From assembly GCA_051294375.1 (NCBI GenBank), contig CM119268.1, positions 10,846,918 to 10,910,917 of the forward strand: a DNA stretch of 64,000 nucleotides, in the 5' to 3' direction. This document shows positions 1 to 59,805 of this stretch, in pieces. Within the stretch, counting starts at the first letter, position 1; every line of letters begins with the position of its first letter. Made by a program: the position numbers and the translations under genes. The notes below the pieces were generated by a model that made no database searches, was not told the origin of the DNA, and worked only from the letters and a program-made list of their open reading frames with translations. This DNA is from Paraspadella gotoi. Its lineage: Eukaryota > Animalia > Chaetognatha.

Positions 1-20
1 CATACAATTGTTTTGTTTAG

Positions 21-47601
<47,581 letters not shown>

Positions 47602-47947
47602 GTGTGAAATTGTGAATGGACGTCGGCGGAGATTCGCCTCTTGATTTACTGGGAAGGCGAGCATGGAGCTAAACTGAATCAATATTGAAATATTAAAATT
47701 AAAATATTCAATTATTATCTGTACGAGAGATGGTTTATTTTGACATTTTTCGTTTCGGAAAATTAAATTAAATATGTTTACTTTCGTGAATTTAGTTTTA
47801 ATTTATATTTTTCTGATTTCCATATCAAATTTGTATGTATTGCCTAATATTTTCTTAACATTTTTTTTTTATATTTGTGAAAACATTTGTACAAACTTTT
47901 CGTGATATTTCAAAACTGGAGAGAGATAGAGAGAGAGAGAGAGAGAG

Positions 47948-47991
<44 letters not shown>

Positions 47992-48274
47992 AATTTCTTT
48001 TCTGGATCTCTTTCATATCTTCAACCGCTTTTCATTCATATTCCTTTCTTTGTCAATTTAATCATCGCTTCGAACGACGCGTGAATTTATATTCGAGTCT
48101 CTTTTCCAAAAGACACATTTAAGAAAGGATGTAAACAATAAACATGGCGTCGCTAATGTAAACAATAAAGATGGCGTCGCTAAATCTGTCGCCATCTTCC
48201 TTTTCAATCCGAAGCTCAACTTTTTTCCTTTCCTCGTCTTCTCTAACGTCTGCAATTACGTCGACGACGACGAT

Positions 48275-48306
<32 letters not shown>

Positions 48307-48739
48307 AAAGCACTCATCGATTCTGTGACGTTTTTATTACTAGGGAAGGTGTTAAAACGCCTCAGTGGTTACAACTATTGAATTCGATTCCGATTAACTG
48401 TTAATGTGCGAAGGTCATGGACGAATCGATTTTGCAACAGTTAATAACATCAAATACTAACACGACGACGACGACGACGACGACGACAGCGACCTTTGAA
48501 GAAGGTTTACATGATTCATTTGGAAGTTGGGTAACCGACTCAAACGAAGATTTAAAAATGAAAATAAAAAGTAAATAAAAAGTGAATAAAAAATGAAAAA
48601 AAAAAAGAGACAAATGAGGAATCGAGTGGGCGACTTCTTGTTATTTCTCGATCTATTTGACCCTTCAGTTGTCCGTCTCTCCGGAAAGTCTTAAATAGAC
48701 GCTCCTTCCTCCCTCCGCGACTTTCTTTTCTTTTCTTTT

Positions 48740-48836
48740 CTTTACTTTACTTTACTTTACTTTACTTTACTTTACTTTACTTTACTTTACTTTACTTTAC
48801 TTTACTTTACTTTACTTTACTTTACTTTACTTTACT
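48740..48836. repeat. (TTTAC)n microsatellite
   Basis: Direct inspection. Confidence 0.95.
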
Positions 48837-49014
48837 TCCCTTCCCTTTTATTTTCTTTCTCTTTTCTTCCGAGTCATCGACTTTGTCCTTTGGCAATGTC
48901 ACTTTGTCCCTCGTCTTGCTTCGGCCTTTCGCTTTTCAAGCACTTCACCTGCACGATTGATTGTTCCGTGAATAATAAAAGAGTCTCCTAAGTCTTCTTA
49001 CATCTTAAAAAAAT

Positions 49015-49064
<50 letters not shown>

Positions 49065-49729
49065 AGACTTTGTTATCTATCCAATATGACCCTCATATGG
49101 CTTTTTCTTCCTCCTCACAACTGCCACCAAGCGGCTTCTTTGAACATCACCCAATTTTTCCCAAAACACGTTTCCTTCCTTCCTTTTCTTCTCATTTTTT
49201 GTCTTCTTTTCTTCCGCTCGAATTTTTTTTTTCTTCCGTTTGAAGTGTTTTTTCTTTTCCTCTCCTTTGTTTCGTTTTCCTTGTTTTCTTCCCTTTGTTT
49301 CTTTCCTTTTTAACGGACGCAAAAATTCGCAAGAAGTTTCGATGTTTTTTCACAATTTTTTTTTCAGTCGCGTAAAACGACTCAGTTGTACGTTATTTGG
49401 TCTCTCTCTCTGTCTTTCTATAAACATTATAACGTGTAAAAAGTAAGGTTAAAAGGTTTGTCTACATATGACGCGTTTTCAGAGATCATGTATGAGAAAA
49501 AATAAAACGGAAAGAGGTAAAGGAAACGTATGAAAAATGCATCGGGAGAAATAGCATAATAAATAAGGAAGAAAAAATTATGATATTTTTATCCGAAGAA
49601 AAAAAAAGTTTAAGATTTCAACGCGACCGATCGAGCGCTGGATCCAGTGGCCTTGTTCCTTTGAGTACGTCACAGCTCCAAGCTCTTCACCACACCGATT
49701 TAAACGATTCTCTAAACCCTCCCTCATTC

Positions 49730-50001
49730 NNNNNNNNNNNNNNNNNNNNNNNNNNNNNNNNNNNNNNNNNNNNNNNNNNNNNNNNNNNNNNNNNNNNNNN
49801 NNNNNNNNNNNNNNNNNNNNNNNNNNNNNNNNNNNNNNNNNNNNNNNNNNNNNNNNNNNNNNNNNNNNNNNNNNNNNNNNNNNNNNNNNNNNNNNNNNNN
49901 NNNNNNNNNNNNNNNNNNNNNNNNNNNNNNNNNNNNNNNNNNNNNNNNNNNNNNNNNNNNNNNNNNNNNNNNNNNNNNNNNNNNNNNNNNNNNNNNNNNN
50001 N
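49730..50001. other. Assembly gap (others at 57780-57868, 58507-58915, 61176-61200)
   Basis: N-runs. Confidence 0.99.
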
Positions 50002-50339
50002 AAAGAAAGAAAGATCTAAAAAAATTTCTCATAGCGAAAACCTTTGTTTGTTGGCGTATAAAAGATGATGGGCGCAATGAATAAAGAAGGGAAAAATATG
50101 TGACTAAAAATAGAAAATGGATCGCAGCAATAAAAATATCCAAATATTTCAATGGGGAAACGAGAGAGAGAGAGGAGGAGAGGGAGGAGGATTCGGAGGA
50201 GAAGAGACGAGAAGAGAGAGACTAAGAGAGGATTGTGAATTGTAGTGCCGGTGATAAAGTAGAGGGAAGAGGAAGAGGAAATAAAAAAAAGAATAAAGTG
50301 AGGAAGAAATAAGAAGAGATAAACATAAAGAAAGGATGC

Positions 50340-50431
<92 letters not shown>

Positions 50432-51095
50432 AAAAAAAAAGAAAAAAAAACCGGTTACTAACGGAAGAAAACTTTTCTTGTCCTTTTCTTCATTTTCTTT
50501 TGCAAAATAAAACGAGTTCTTTCGAGAAAAAAAAAACCTTGAAAGTTAATTTCGAGGCGAGGGCCTTTGTCCTTTGTCCCTCGTCGAAGTGAAGGGGGTT
50601 AAGGACAAAAAAAGAGAGGCTTAGGAAAAAAAAAGATGGCGTGGGGATGAATGAGGGAAGAATCGTCCATGAACGACTTCAAGAAGAAGAGTTGACCCCA
50701 ACTTTTTTTTCTTTTAGAATAATCGCATGGCAGCTGTAATTTCTGTCCCTGACCCGTCATTCAAACGAATTAAGAATCGAGAGTCGAATTAAAAACTTTA
50801 GTTTATTCTTTCTTTGTCTCTTTTTTTCTTTCTTTTTTTTCTTTCTTAATTGTCCCTTGAGACTTTGAACCGTTGAACGGAATTTCGAAATTCCCTCTGG
50901 AAATTCACGTCGTTGCCAGGGACGAGGACAAACGGCGGCCGTTTAACGAAATTGTCGTGACAGCGATTGCTCTGGGCGGCGCTAAAATTGGACGATGAGG
51001 TTTTCCTATTAGATTTTTATGACTTAAGAAAGAGGCGATATTGGATGCTTTGTGTTTGAACCGTAAATCATATGCTACTAAAAGAAAGATGGGAC

Positions 51096-51297
51096 TATGA
51101 CAACAGGCCCATTGGGATGGAGAATCTTTGTTGGCTTTGGGGGCTTCCGACCCTCAGTGACGCCTCCGGCCCGCCAGTCACTGGCGCGGTTACCCTAGGA
51201 CGGTCTCGCATTGCCAACGCAGGAGGAAGTCGTTAGGACTGTGGATGAAACACAACACCTGGGATGGTGTGTGAGGCGGTGTGAATATTCCGCCACG
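51096..51297. mobile_element. Solo-LTR-like element, copy 2, 4-bp TSD GGAC
   Basis: ggac|TATGACAACAG...CCGCCACG|ggac; shares core gttggctttgggggcttccgaccctcagtgacgc...ggaagtcgttaggactgtggatg with copy 1. Confidence 0.75.
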
Positions 51298-51994
51298 GGA
51301 CTAAAATAAATACACTTAAAAAATGAATTAAAAACTAAAATAAACTAAAAACTAAACTTCAAAACTTCGAAAGGCCAAAAGTGAAAATTATTGAAGCGAA
51401 AACGGAAAAGCGGGGGACGGCGGTGGACGCGAACAGATGGAGTTTAAAGGAAACCGTTTCGAAGCTTGAAAAGCTAAAGAGGAAGAAATCGTTTAGTTTT
51501 CGCTTTCATTCCATTCGTTTTGTGTCTCGAACCGCGAGAAACGACTCCTTTCGTCTTCTCGGGTCGTGGAAGAGAAACTGAGCCTGTCAGAAAATGAGAG
51601 AAAAAATGTCTCATATCATATCATATCACAGGGTCACTGGATGAAACGTATTGGGATCTCGGACCTACTTTTAGTACTTCCCGGACTCTCCTATGTACTT
51701 TGCACAATTTGTACAATTGTACAACGTCCAAGATTCTATCCGAATTGCTTCTTCTTTCTTCCCTTCTCCTCCATGTTACCTGACCCGTGGTAGCGATTTG
51801 TGAGCTGGGAGGAATTCAAGGGGAAGAGACTTTCTTCTCTCCTTCGCCCACGGATCCATGGATCACCACATCCCTCCATCCATCTGTTTACTCGGAAGTC
51901 TGGTTTTCCGTCGGCCGCCCATAAAATTACCTGGCGTTTCCCACTCTCTCTTCGAAGCGTAAAAGTTTCCTCACGGACTTGTTTGGCTCCGACT

Positions 51995-52105
<111 letters not shown>

Positions 52106-53193
52106 TTTTCATTATTTTTTTAAAATTTTCTATTTTTCTTAATTTCTTCCGCGTCGTCATGCAAATCCTTGTAAAATTTTGGGGGTAATGCGTTCCGCTC
52201 TTTATCTCACTTAATTTAATCTGATTATCGCTTCTCTTCTTGTCACTTCGCAGGAGCAGGTGGCAGTACATTTATCAAAAAAACCAGTAACGAGATTTTA
52301 TAAGACATCAGAGATACGTCTTGCCAAGTTTCCACGGCCAGGTTTCGGGGGAGTTAGGTCAGTAAAAACAGTGAAGATTATCGGGGTTTTTTTGGTCAAC
52401 GAATATTAAAAAATAAATGGCTCTGCCCAAATAATCGGTATTTTTGTCTTCTGAATCATTTTCATATCTTTTCTTTTATTCATTATTATTTTATTATTTA
52501 AAAAAAATATTCCAAAATACGTATTTTTCGGCCTAACTCCTCCCTTGTTTCGTTGTCTCCTAAGATATAAGTCGATGGAGAAACAAATGGATTTAAACTT
52601 TAATTACTGTCAAAATCTATGAAAAGTAAAGCATCATTGCCCAAGAAAAAAAACAAACCATTATTTATATCTCCCTCTACCGGAAATTCACCCCTCGAGG
52701 CAGAGAAACGGTTCGCAGCTTCTCCCTTTCGTTCTCTATCCCTTTAACGATGAGATATCTGCTCCACCCTACATTTCGATGTCTTTCTCGATCCGCCCCT
52801 TGCGTCCCCAGCCCTGACGGAGATCAATGCCCTCGAATCGATAGGAAATTAACATCAATTTACCCGTCGCCGTAAGTGTGTTTTTTTTTTGTCTCTTGTC
52901 AGTGAAAAGAGTTCATTCTTAAACTTTTAACTAAGTTTGACAGCGAAAATTAGGAGAAGAGTTGATTTTCCTAGGTTCTTTGCTCGAAGTGACAACTTAC
53001 ATAATAAAATAAATAAAAATATATTATATTACTTAAGCAGGAAAGCAGATAATCTGGGAGTTTATAATTTGTACTACTAGGCTATTACCTCGTAGATATA
53101 TCCTGATCTTGCCCGAAGTCAAATATTAAACTCAAGTCTTTTACCTGATAAGTATGTCAATAGATATATATTGTATATTTAACCATAAACTAC

Positions 53194-53886
53194 TCAGGAT
53201 ATCCCCATAAGGCTCTCGCTATGCATCGACGTAACGAATTCAACTCTCAAAACTTCTTTTTTGAGTTTCGTCTTCCGGTTTTTCACGAATTCCGCGCGCA
53301 TGCGTGAGACGCGTCTTCCGGAAGAAAAAAAACGCGGGCGTCGGGATTCTAGAAGAGAGAAAAAAAAAAAACACGGAGCGCCGACGAGTTTTTTTTTTAT
53401 GACCTCGACTTGCACAATATTTTTTGGGGGTGAGACTCGTGTGAAGTCGTGGGCGTAAAACTCCGCCGCCGCTGCCGCTGCGCTATCTCGTGCCCAACCG
53501 CCGCCGCCTCTGTCGTCGTTGTCCTCGATCCTCGTCTCAAAAGCGTTAAAAGATTTCCGGAAATCCGGGCTCGAACACGAGACCTCCCGGGGAAACATCT
53601 TCAAAGTTGGCGGATGGTTGAAGTCGGATTCGTCCACTTGTTGCTTCCGACCGTAAACACGAAGGAGTGTGTCTCCGTCGTAATTCCTTTAGTCGTCGTC
53701 ATCATCGTCGTCGTTGGCGTCGTCGTCTTCTTCTCCTCCATTGGCTCATTGTTATTCTCACCTGAATCTTATCTTGAGACGCGAAAACCCGAAACGCGTT
53801 TCTTCGGCGCCCATTCTCCTCCCCCCCTCGTCGCCTCCACCTTGCACCCCCCGCCCGCCCCCCCCGGGTGCCCGTGAACATAACAT
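53194..53886 (-). CDS. Candidate two-exon nested ORF of unknown function
   Basis: ATG at 53886 or 53814 to donor TTCAG|gtgaga (53762); 75-nt intron; acceptor ctaaag| at 53686 in phase with ORF 53194-53637 (MGAEETRFGFSRLKIRFRNYDGDTLLRVYGRKQQVDESDF...). No recognisable domain. Confidence 0.3.
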
Positions 53887-55126
53887 TCGCTTCGCTCCGA
53901 AGGAATGAGGTCTCACCAATGCGGAACTCACACGTTCCCGAGAGTTTTGGAGTCTCTGGAGGATTCATCTATCTCAGGTCTGGACAAACCGGGCGGTCGC
54001 CATCCTTTTCTTTTGTTAGTAAATTCACTTTTTTTTTTGGTAATTATTATTGCTGTTTTACTTTAATCTTTATCTAATATCAAATTGCATTTCCGAAAGT
54101 ATTTTCTTCTAAGATCTGATTATTACTTCTTTTTTAATTCCCTGCGTACTTCGCTGTTCCTGTTTTCTTATTGAATATTATTTCCTCGTTAATCCCGGAA
54201 GTTAATCCGGTTTTAATTTCCGAGTTCCATAAAACGTTCATGCGTTTTAAATTATCGTGAGGCCGCAAAAAAATGTTCATTCAACTTTTTTTTCCTCTAC
54301 TTTCGCTACGGAAATGAAACAATGAGGCGACCGTGAAGGCGAGGCCGCCCGCCGCCCGCCGCCCGCCGTTCGCCGACCGCCGCCCGCCGACCGCCGACCG
54401 CCGCCGCTTATCGCATCCAATTTTGTCGAACGGCTTTTTTCAAAGTCTCTTGATTAGATTTTCACCCGAGTTGCTAATCGGCGAGCGCCCCCCAGGTCCC
54501 CCCCTAAGTTTCTCCTTAGGTCCCCCTCCAGGTTTAACCCTTCCCCTACCTGTCCCCACCCTCCTATGATAGCAATTTCCACGACCCCCTTCAATTATTT
54601 TACCTTCCATTTCTTGTCAATCCCCTTCCATCACATTTGACTCATTTACTACCTTCCCGCCCGTGGACTTCTTCATCATTTTCTCCATCATTTTCTCCAT
54701 CAATTTCTCCAAAAATTTATCCGTCATTTTCTCCATCAGTTTCTCCGTTGTCCTTTCATTTTCATTCTGTCCCTACAGCGTCAAGTTTTTTCCCATTTTC
54801 TTCTCTTCATTTCACTCAAATCCATTACTTCTCCCCCTTTTCCACTTCCTCTTCTTCGTCCTCACCTCCGACCCCTCCTCCCACTTCCGGACACGCCCAC
54901 TCATTGCGTGGGCCGTTCTCCGAAGCGACGTTCCGGAATCTTTCGACTTCCTCGTCATCAAATTTTCACGAATTCTCACGGAATGGAAAAAGGAGAGACT
55001 TTTTGATGTAGGATCCTGTGATCCGAGTTTGTGAAAAGTGCTCACCGAGCTTTTGCGTGTAAAGTGTTTCGCGAGTTCTGTTGCGCGCGACGTTTTTTTC
55101 TCGTCTTAAAACATCTAAGACATCTA

Positions 55127-56079
55127 CCATGATGGAAAAAAAAATTGTCGCGGTTTGGAAAAGTCAGATTAACTTTATTGTCAAATATATTTTTTAGCTA
55201 ATAAATAAGTTTTTTAATAGGTATATGACCTCCCTAAGACTGAATAAAATGATTTTTTTTCAACAGCATAAAATTATTTAATGCATTCAAATATTTCCAA
55301 AAGAGGTTATCTCTAACTGTTTTCACCTCTTTTTGATTAGGAGGACTACTCACATTATTGTTAATATTATATCTCTGACAAGATATTTTTTATCAGATTT
55401 GGGGCAAAAATGGTCTTTGGCAAGCAGTGAAAAAGATTGATCCTCTATAAAGTAAACCAGGCTTGAGTTGTTGCTGCATAATATGATAATTTATTGTATT
55501 TCACTTCAACAAAATCTTTAATTTCTTCTTTTTTTTTTGACTTGTTTGATACTTAATTCTGATAATACATCCAAAAGTAAATAAAAATAATAACTTTGCT
55601 TATAGAAAGGTTACCTGTAGCCTTATAACTTTTATTGATACTTTACAATTTAAAAATAATATTCTGTAACATCTACAGCATCAATATATTTTTAGTATTG
55701 CTCTTTTTTTGACATATAAATTAAGATTTATCCCTGAATTTATCCTAATCGAGATGATGCAATAAGACTGAGGAAAGGCAATGATTTTTAATAGTACTGG
55801 TTAAACTCAAAAAGTGATAAAAAAGAACTTGAAATTAGTTTAAACTATAAATAAAAAGTGTAAATATAAAAAAGATAAAAAAGAAAAAATAATTTTTTGA
55901 ACAACGTATTTTCTTTTGTATAAAACTCCTGTATTTTTGTCATACATAAACGAGATACAGCTCATATGAATAAAAAAAGGCCAAAGTTTCTTTATATCTA
56001 GATTTTATTTTTCGATTCTTACATTGAAATGCCAAAAAATAATAAAAAAGTAATCGCGACAATTTTTTTTCCATCATGG
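55127..56079. mobile_element. TA-flanked MITE (Tc1/mariner-type target duplication)
   Basis: ta|CCATGATGG-A-run-TTGTCGCG ... CGCGACAA-T-run-CCATCATGG|ta; no coding capacity seen. Confidence 0.8.
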
Positions 56080-56654
56080 TATGTGAAACTTCGAGCTTTA
56101 AGCTGTGAAGCGGTCGTTTTTACGTTTTAATGGTGTTTACCTCATATCATATGGCCTCTGAAACCTCGAGATAATTGACGACGCGACCTGAATGTCGCAA
56201 TTCTTATGAAATTGTAAAAACACGAAGACTCCGCCTTTTTGTTGCGTCCACCTCGATTGCAAAAAGCTTCATATAAAAAAATAATGCAGAATCCCAACGT
56301 TAATATTTCAAGGATTTATCGGAAGCGCAAGCTGCTATTCTTTCGCCGCCGCCGCCGTCGTAGCACCGACAACCGCAGGCGCTTTGGAGTCTTCCTGTAT
56401 TTCGTCGTCGTCGTCGTCGTCGTTGTCGTCGTCGTCTTTATTGTTGATCCGACACTTTTTCTTGTTTTCTCTATCATCGTCTTCGTCGGGAAATGATTTA
56501 CAATTTTATTGTTTATCTTTGTTGAAGACTTACTTATTCCAGCTTTCTTCATTTTAAATCTCTTTCCTACTTTCTTTCTCTGTTGCCCTAATTACGTCAT
56601 TTTTTCTCCACTTTCCTACCCACTCTCTCAATTTCTTTCTCTCTTTTACTGTCT

Positions 56655-56905
56655 CTCTTTGCCATATTCTTCCTCACTTTTTGGCCATATTCTTCGTCCC
56701 TATTTTGCTATATTCTTCCTCACTTTTTGGCACTATTCTTTGTCCCCATTTTGCCGAATTTTTCCTCAGCCTTTTGGCCATATTCTTCGTCTCTCTTTTT
56801 GCCATATTCTTCCTCTCTTTTTGGCCATATTCTTTTTCACTTTTTGCCATATTCTCTTTCCCTTTTAGGCCATATTCTTCCTCTATTTTTGGCCCTATTT
56901 TTCGT
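56655..56905. repeat. Degenerate ~24-bp minisatellite
   Basis: ttttggccatattcttc motif repeated about 10 times. Confidence 0.8.
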
Positions 56906-57485
56906 CTTCTTCACTTTTTTCCCCAGTACGTTATCCGTTCGGACGAACCCTATGAAACTTTCCGTCCTTTTCCTGATGTTCCGAATCTAAATCACCGAAA
57001 AGGGAATGGAAATGTGAAAGGGAATATATGTGAACGAAGAATGTGAACGGGATCTGAGGCGAAGATGGGACGAGATTTCTGGGAAATTGAAGAGCGAAAA
57101 GTGTGAGAGGGAAATCGTGAATGCCGCCGGATGACTCTCGGTGAAAAAAGAGATTGTGAAGTCTAAGGAAACGAGAAAAAAAAGTCGTTTGTAGAAATCA
57201 AGATTCGAAGTTATAAAGAATATATAAATTCATGGCAAATCCATGTCAAAACCCAGAAGATATTGAAAAAGAGAACGGAGATGAAAGATCAAAAATATAA
57301 AATAAATTTTTTTAAAAATCTGTCGACGATGACGAAGCGAAAGGGTCGAGTGGTGAGCGAGTGAGGGTAAGTTTTGGTGAGAGGTGGCAACTGGCAAGGA
57401 TGGTGATCGGTGAAGCCCGTGAGGGTCGAAAGGACGATAACGCGAAATGAGGTGAAGCGACGAAGCGAATTATCAGAGGGGATCC

Positions 57486-57517
<32 letters not shown>

Positions 57518-57737
57518 TTCGTTTGCCTCTCATTCATTCGATTCTATTTTTGTCTCGATGTCATTTTCGACGTTATCTTCGTTTCTCTCGAAGACGTCAT
57601 CGAGGGCCACGCCTATCTCGCCTCTAGCGGACGAAATCGTAGGGCAACGTGAGAATTTTAAAGAAACAATCGATGGCCGGTTTTTTTGTTTTTTTTTCGT
57701 CGTTGCTCATGCGTCGAGTTTTTTTGCAACAATAAGA

Positions 57738-57908
57738 ACAGTTAAACAGTTAAAAGTTAAACAGTTAAAAGTTAAACAGNNNNNNNNNNNNNNNNNNNNN
57801 NNNNNNNNNNNNNNNNNNNNNNNNNNNNNNNNNNNNNNNNNNNNNNNNNNNNNNNNNNNNNNNNNNNNGTTAAAAGTTAAACAGTTAAAAGTTAAACAGT
57901 TAAAAGTT
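57738..57908. repeat. 15-bp tandem repeat spanning an assembly gap
   Basis: gttaaacagttaaaa on both sides of N-run 57780-57868. Confidence 0.85.
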
Positions 57909-58471
57909 GGGTTTCGATATTTGTTTGTATTGTTGATTCGATATTCGAGTTTATTGAGTTTAGAATTTCTCGTAGATGAAAAAAAGTTTTTTAAAAATAT
58001 TTTATGAAAAAAAAAACCGAGGATAAAACAGAGGAAAACGATGATACCGACGACACAATTTCGTCGTAAGCCTAAAAGGATGACACTGACGACGACGATG
58101 ACACGGACGACGATACAGATGACGACATTAAAGATGATATCGACGATTTCGATGAGTTCAACAGCGACGATGGTAATGACGTTGATGATGACAAACGCAA
58201 TGATGATACCCAGTTGATGACGGCGACACCTTCAATGACACAGATGGCATCGCTAGCCGATGACAAGGACGACGACGACGACGACGACATTCTCCTACTC
58301 TCTCTCCTTTTTCTCATTTTCTTTTCTCAGAATTCGTCGGGATTTTTCCTTTTTGGTTCGGAAGAAGAAAGAATCGCAAATGTAATTGGATTCCTTTATT
58401 TAAGAAAAAAGGGGGAAACTCTTTTGTTTGAGGAAAAGAGACGGGGCCGAAGATTGAAGAAGGATGGGAAT

Positions 58472-58506
<35 letters not shown>

Positions 58507-59454
58507 NNNNNNNNNNNNNNNNNNNNNNNNNNNNNNNNNNNNNNNNNNNNNNNNNNNNNNNNNNNNNNNNNNNNNNNNNNNNNNNNNNNNNNNNNNNNNN
58601 NNNNNNNNNNNNNNNNNNNNNNNNNNNNNNNNNNNNNNNNNNNNNNNNNNNNNNNNNNNNNNNNNNNNNNNNNNNNNNNNNNNNNNNNNNNNNNNNNNNN
58701 NNNNNNNNNNNNNNNNNNNNNNNNNNNNNNNNNNNNNNNNNNNNNNNNNNNNNNNNNNNNNNNNNNNNNNNNNNNNNNNNNNNNNNNNNNNNNNNNNNNN
58801 NNNNNNNNNNNNNNNNNNNNNNNNNNNNNNNNNNNNNNNNNNNNNNNNNNNNNNNNNNNNNNNNNNNNNNNNNNNNNNNNNNNNNNNNNNNNNNNNNNNN
58901 NNNNNNNNNNNNNNNTTTCTCTTTTCATCTTCTTTCCTTTTTTTTTATCTCCCTTTTCTTTTCTTTGCCTTCTCCTTCTTTTTCTCTCCTCATTTAAATT
59001 CTTTCTCACAATTTTTCTCTTTTTATTTAAAAAATCCAATCCTGCCACGCTTTTCTAATTTTCCACCTTTATGAATCTCTTTTAATTCAAGTTTTATCGA
59101 ACGTTACTTTCATTTATTTTTTTTAAACGCCTTTGTGTCAAAAACCCCGAAAGCGTTGTGCCCGTATATTTTATATATTGGCCGTTTAATTTCTACTCGG
59201 CCCGTTTTCCTTTCGCCTTAATATTCTCTTTCTCTCTTTAAAAGGTTTTCTTCCCCTTGTACGTCGGCACGATTATCGCCATCGTTTGTTCCTTTTCTTT
59301 CCTCCCTTTTTTCCCCCATTTTTTATTTTTCTTTCCTCGGCTTCATTTTTTTTCCACCTCCTTTTCATCGCGTACTTTTTTCCCGCTTTACTCGTGCTCT
59401 CTTAATTTTTTATTCATCCCCGCTTTCCTCTGCGTTTTCTTTTTTCCCTCCTTT

Positions 59455-59805
59455 TTCCTTTTCTTTTCTTCTTTTCTTTTTTCCTTTCCTCTATTCCCCC
59501 TTTTCTTATCTCCCGTTCTTCATTTCTCTATTCGTATTCCTCCTTTTTTCTTTTTTTCTTCTTTTCTTTTTTCCTTTCCTTTATCACCCCTCTTCTTATC
59601 TTCCTTTCTCCATTTCTCTCTTCGTTTTCCTCCTTTTTCCTTTTTTTCTTATTTTCTTTTTTCCTTTCCTCTATCCTCCCTTTTCTTATCTCCCGCTCTT
59701 CATTTCTCTCTTCGTTTTCCTCCTTTTTCCTTTTTTTTTCTTCTTTTCTTTTTTCCTTTTCTCTATCACCCCTTTTCTTATCTCCCTTTCTTCATTTCTC
59801 CCTTC
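59455..59805. repeat. Pyrimidine-rich ~90-bp tandem repeat, ~4 copies
   Basis: ttcttatctc...catttctc motif recurs with a 90-nt period (30-aa period in the ORF track). Confidence 0.7.

Noticed and set aside
48910-48940. U6/U2 snRNA-like start (gtcttgcttcggcctttcgct)
   Set aside because: Similarity ends after about 13 nt; no downstream conserved motifs.
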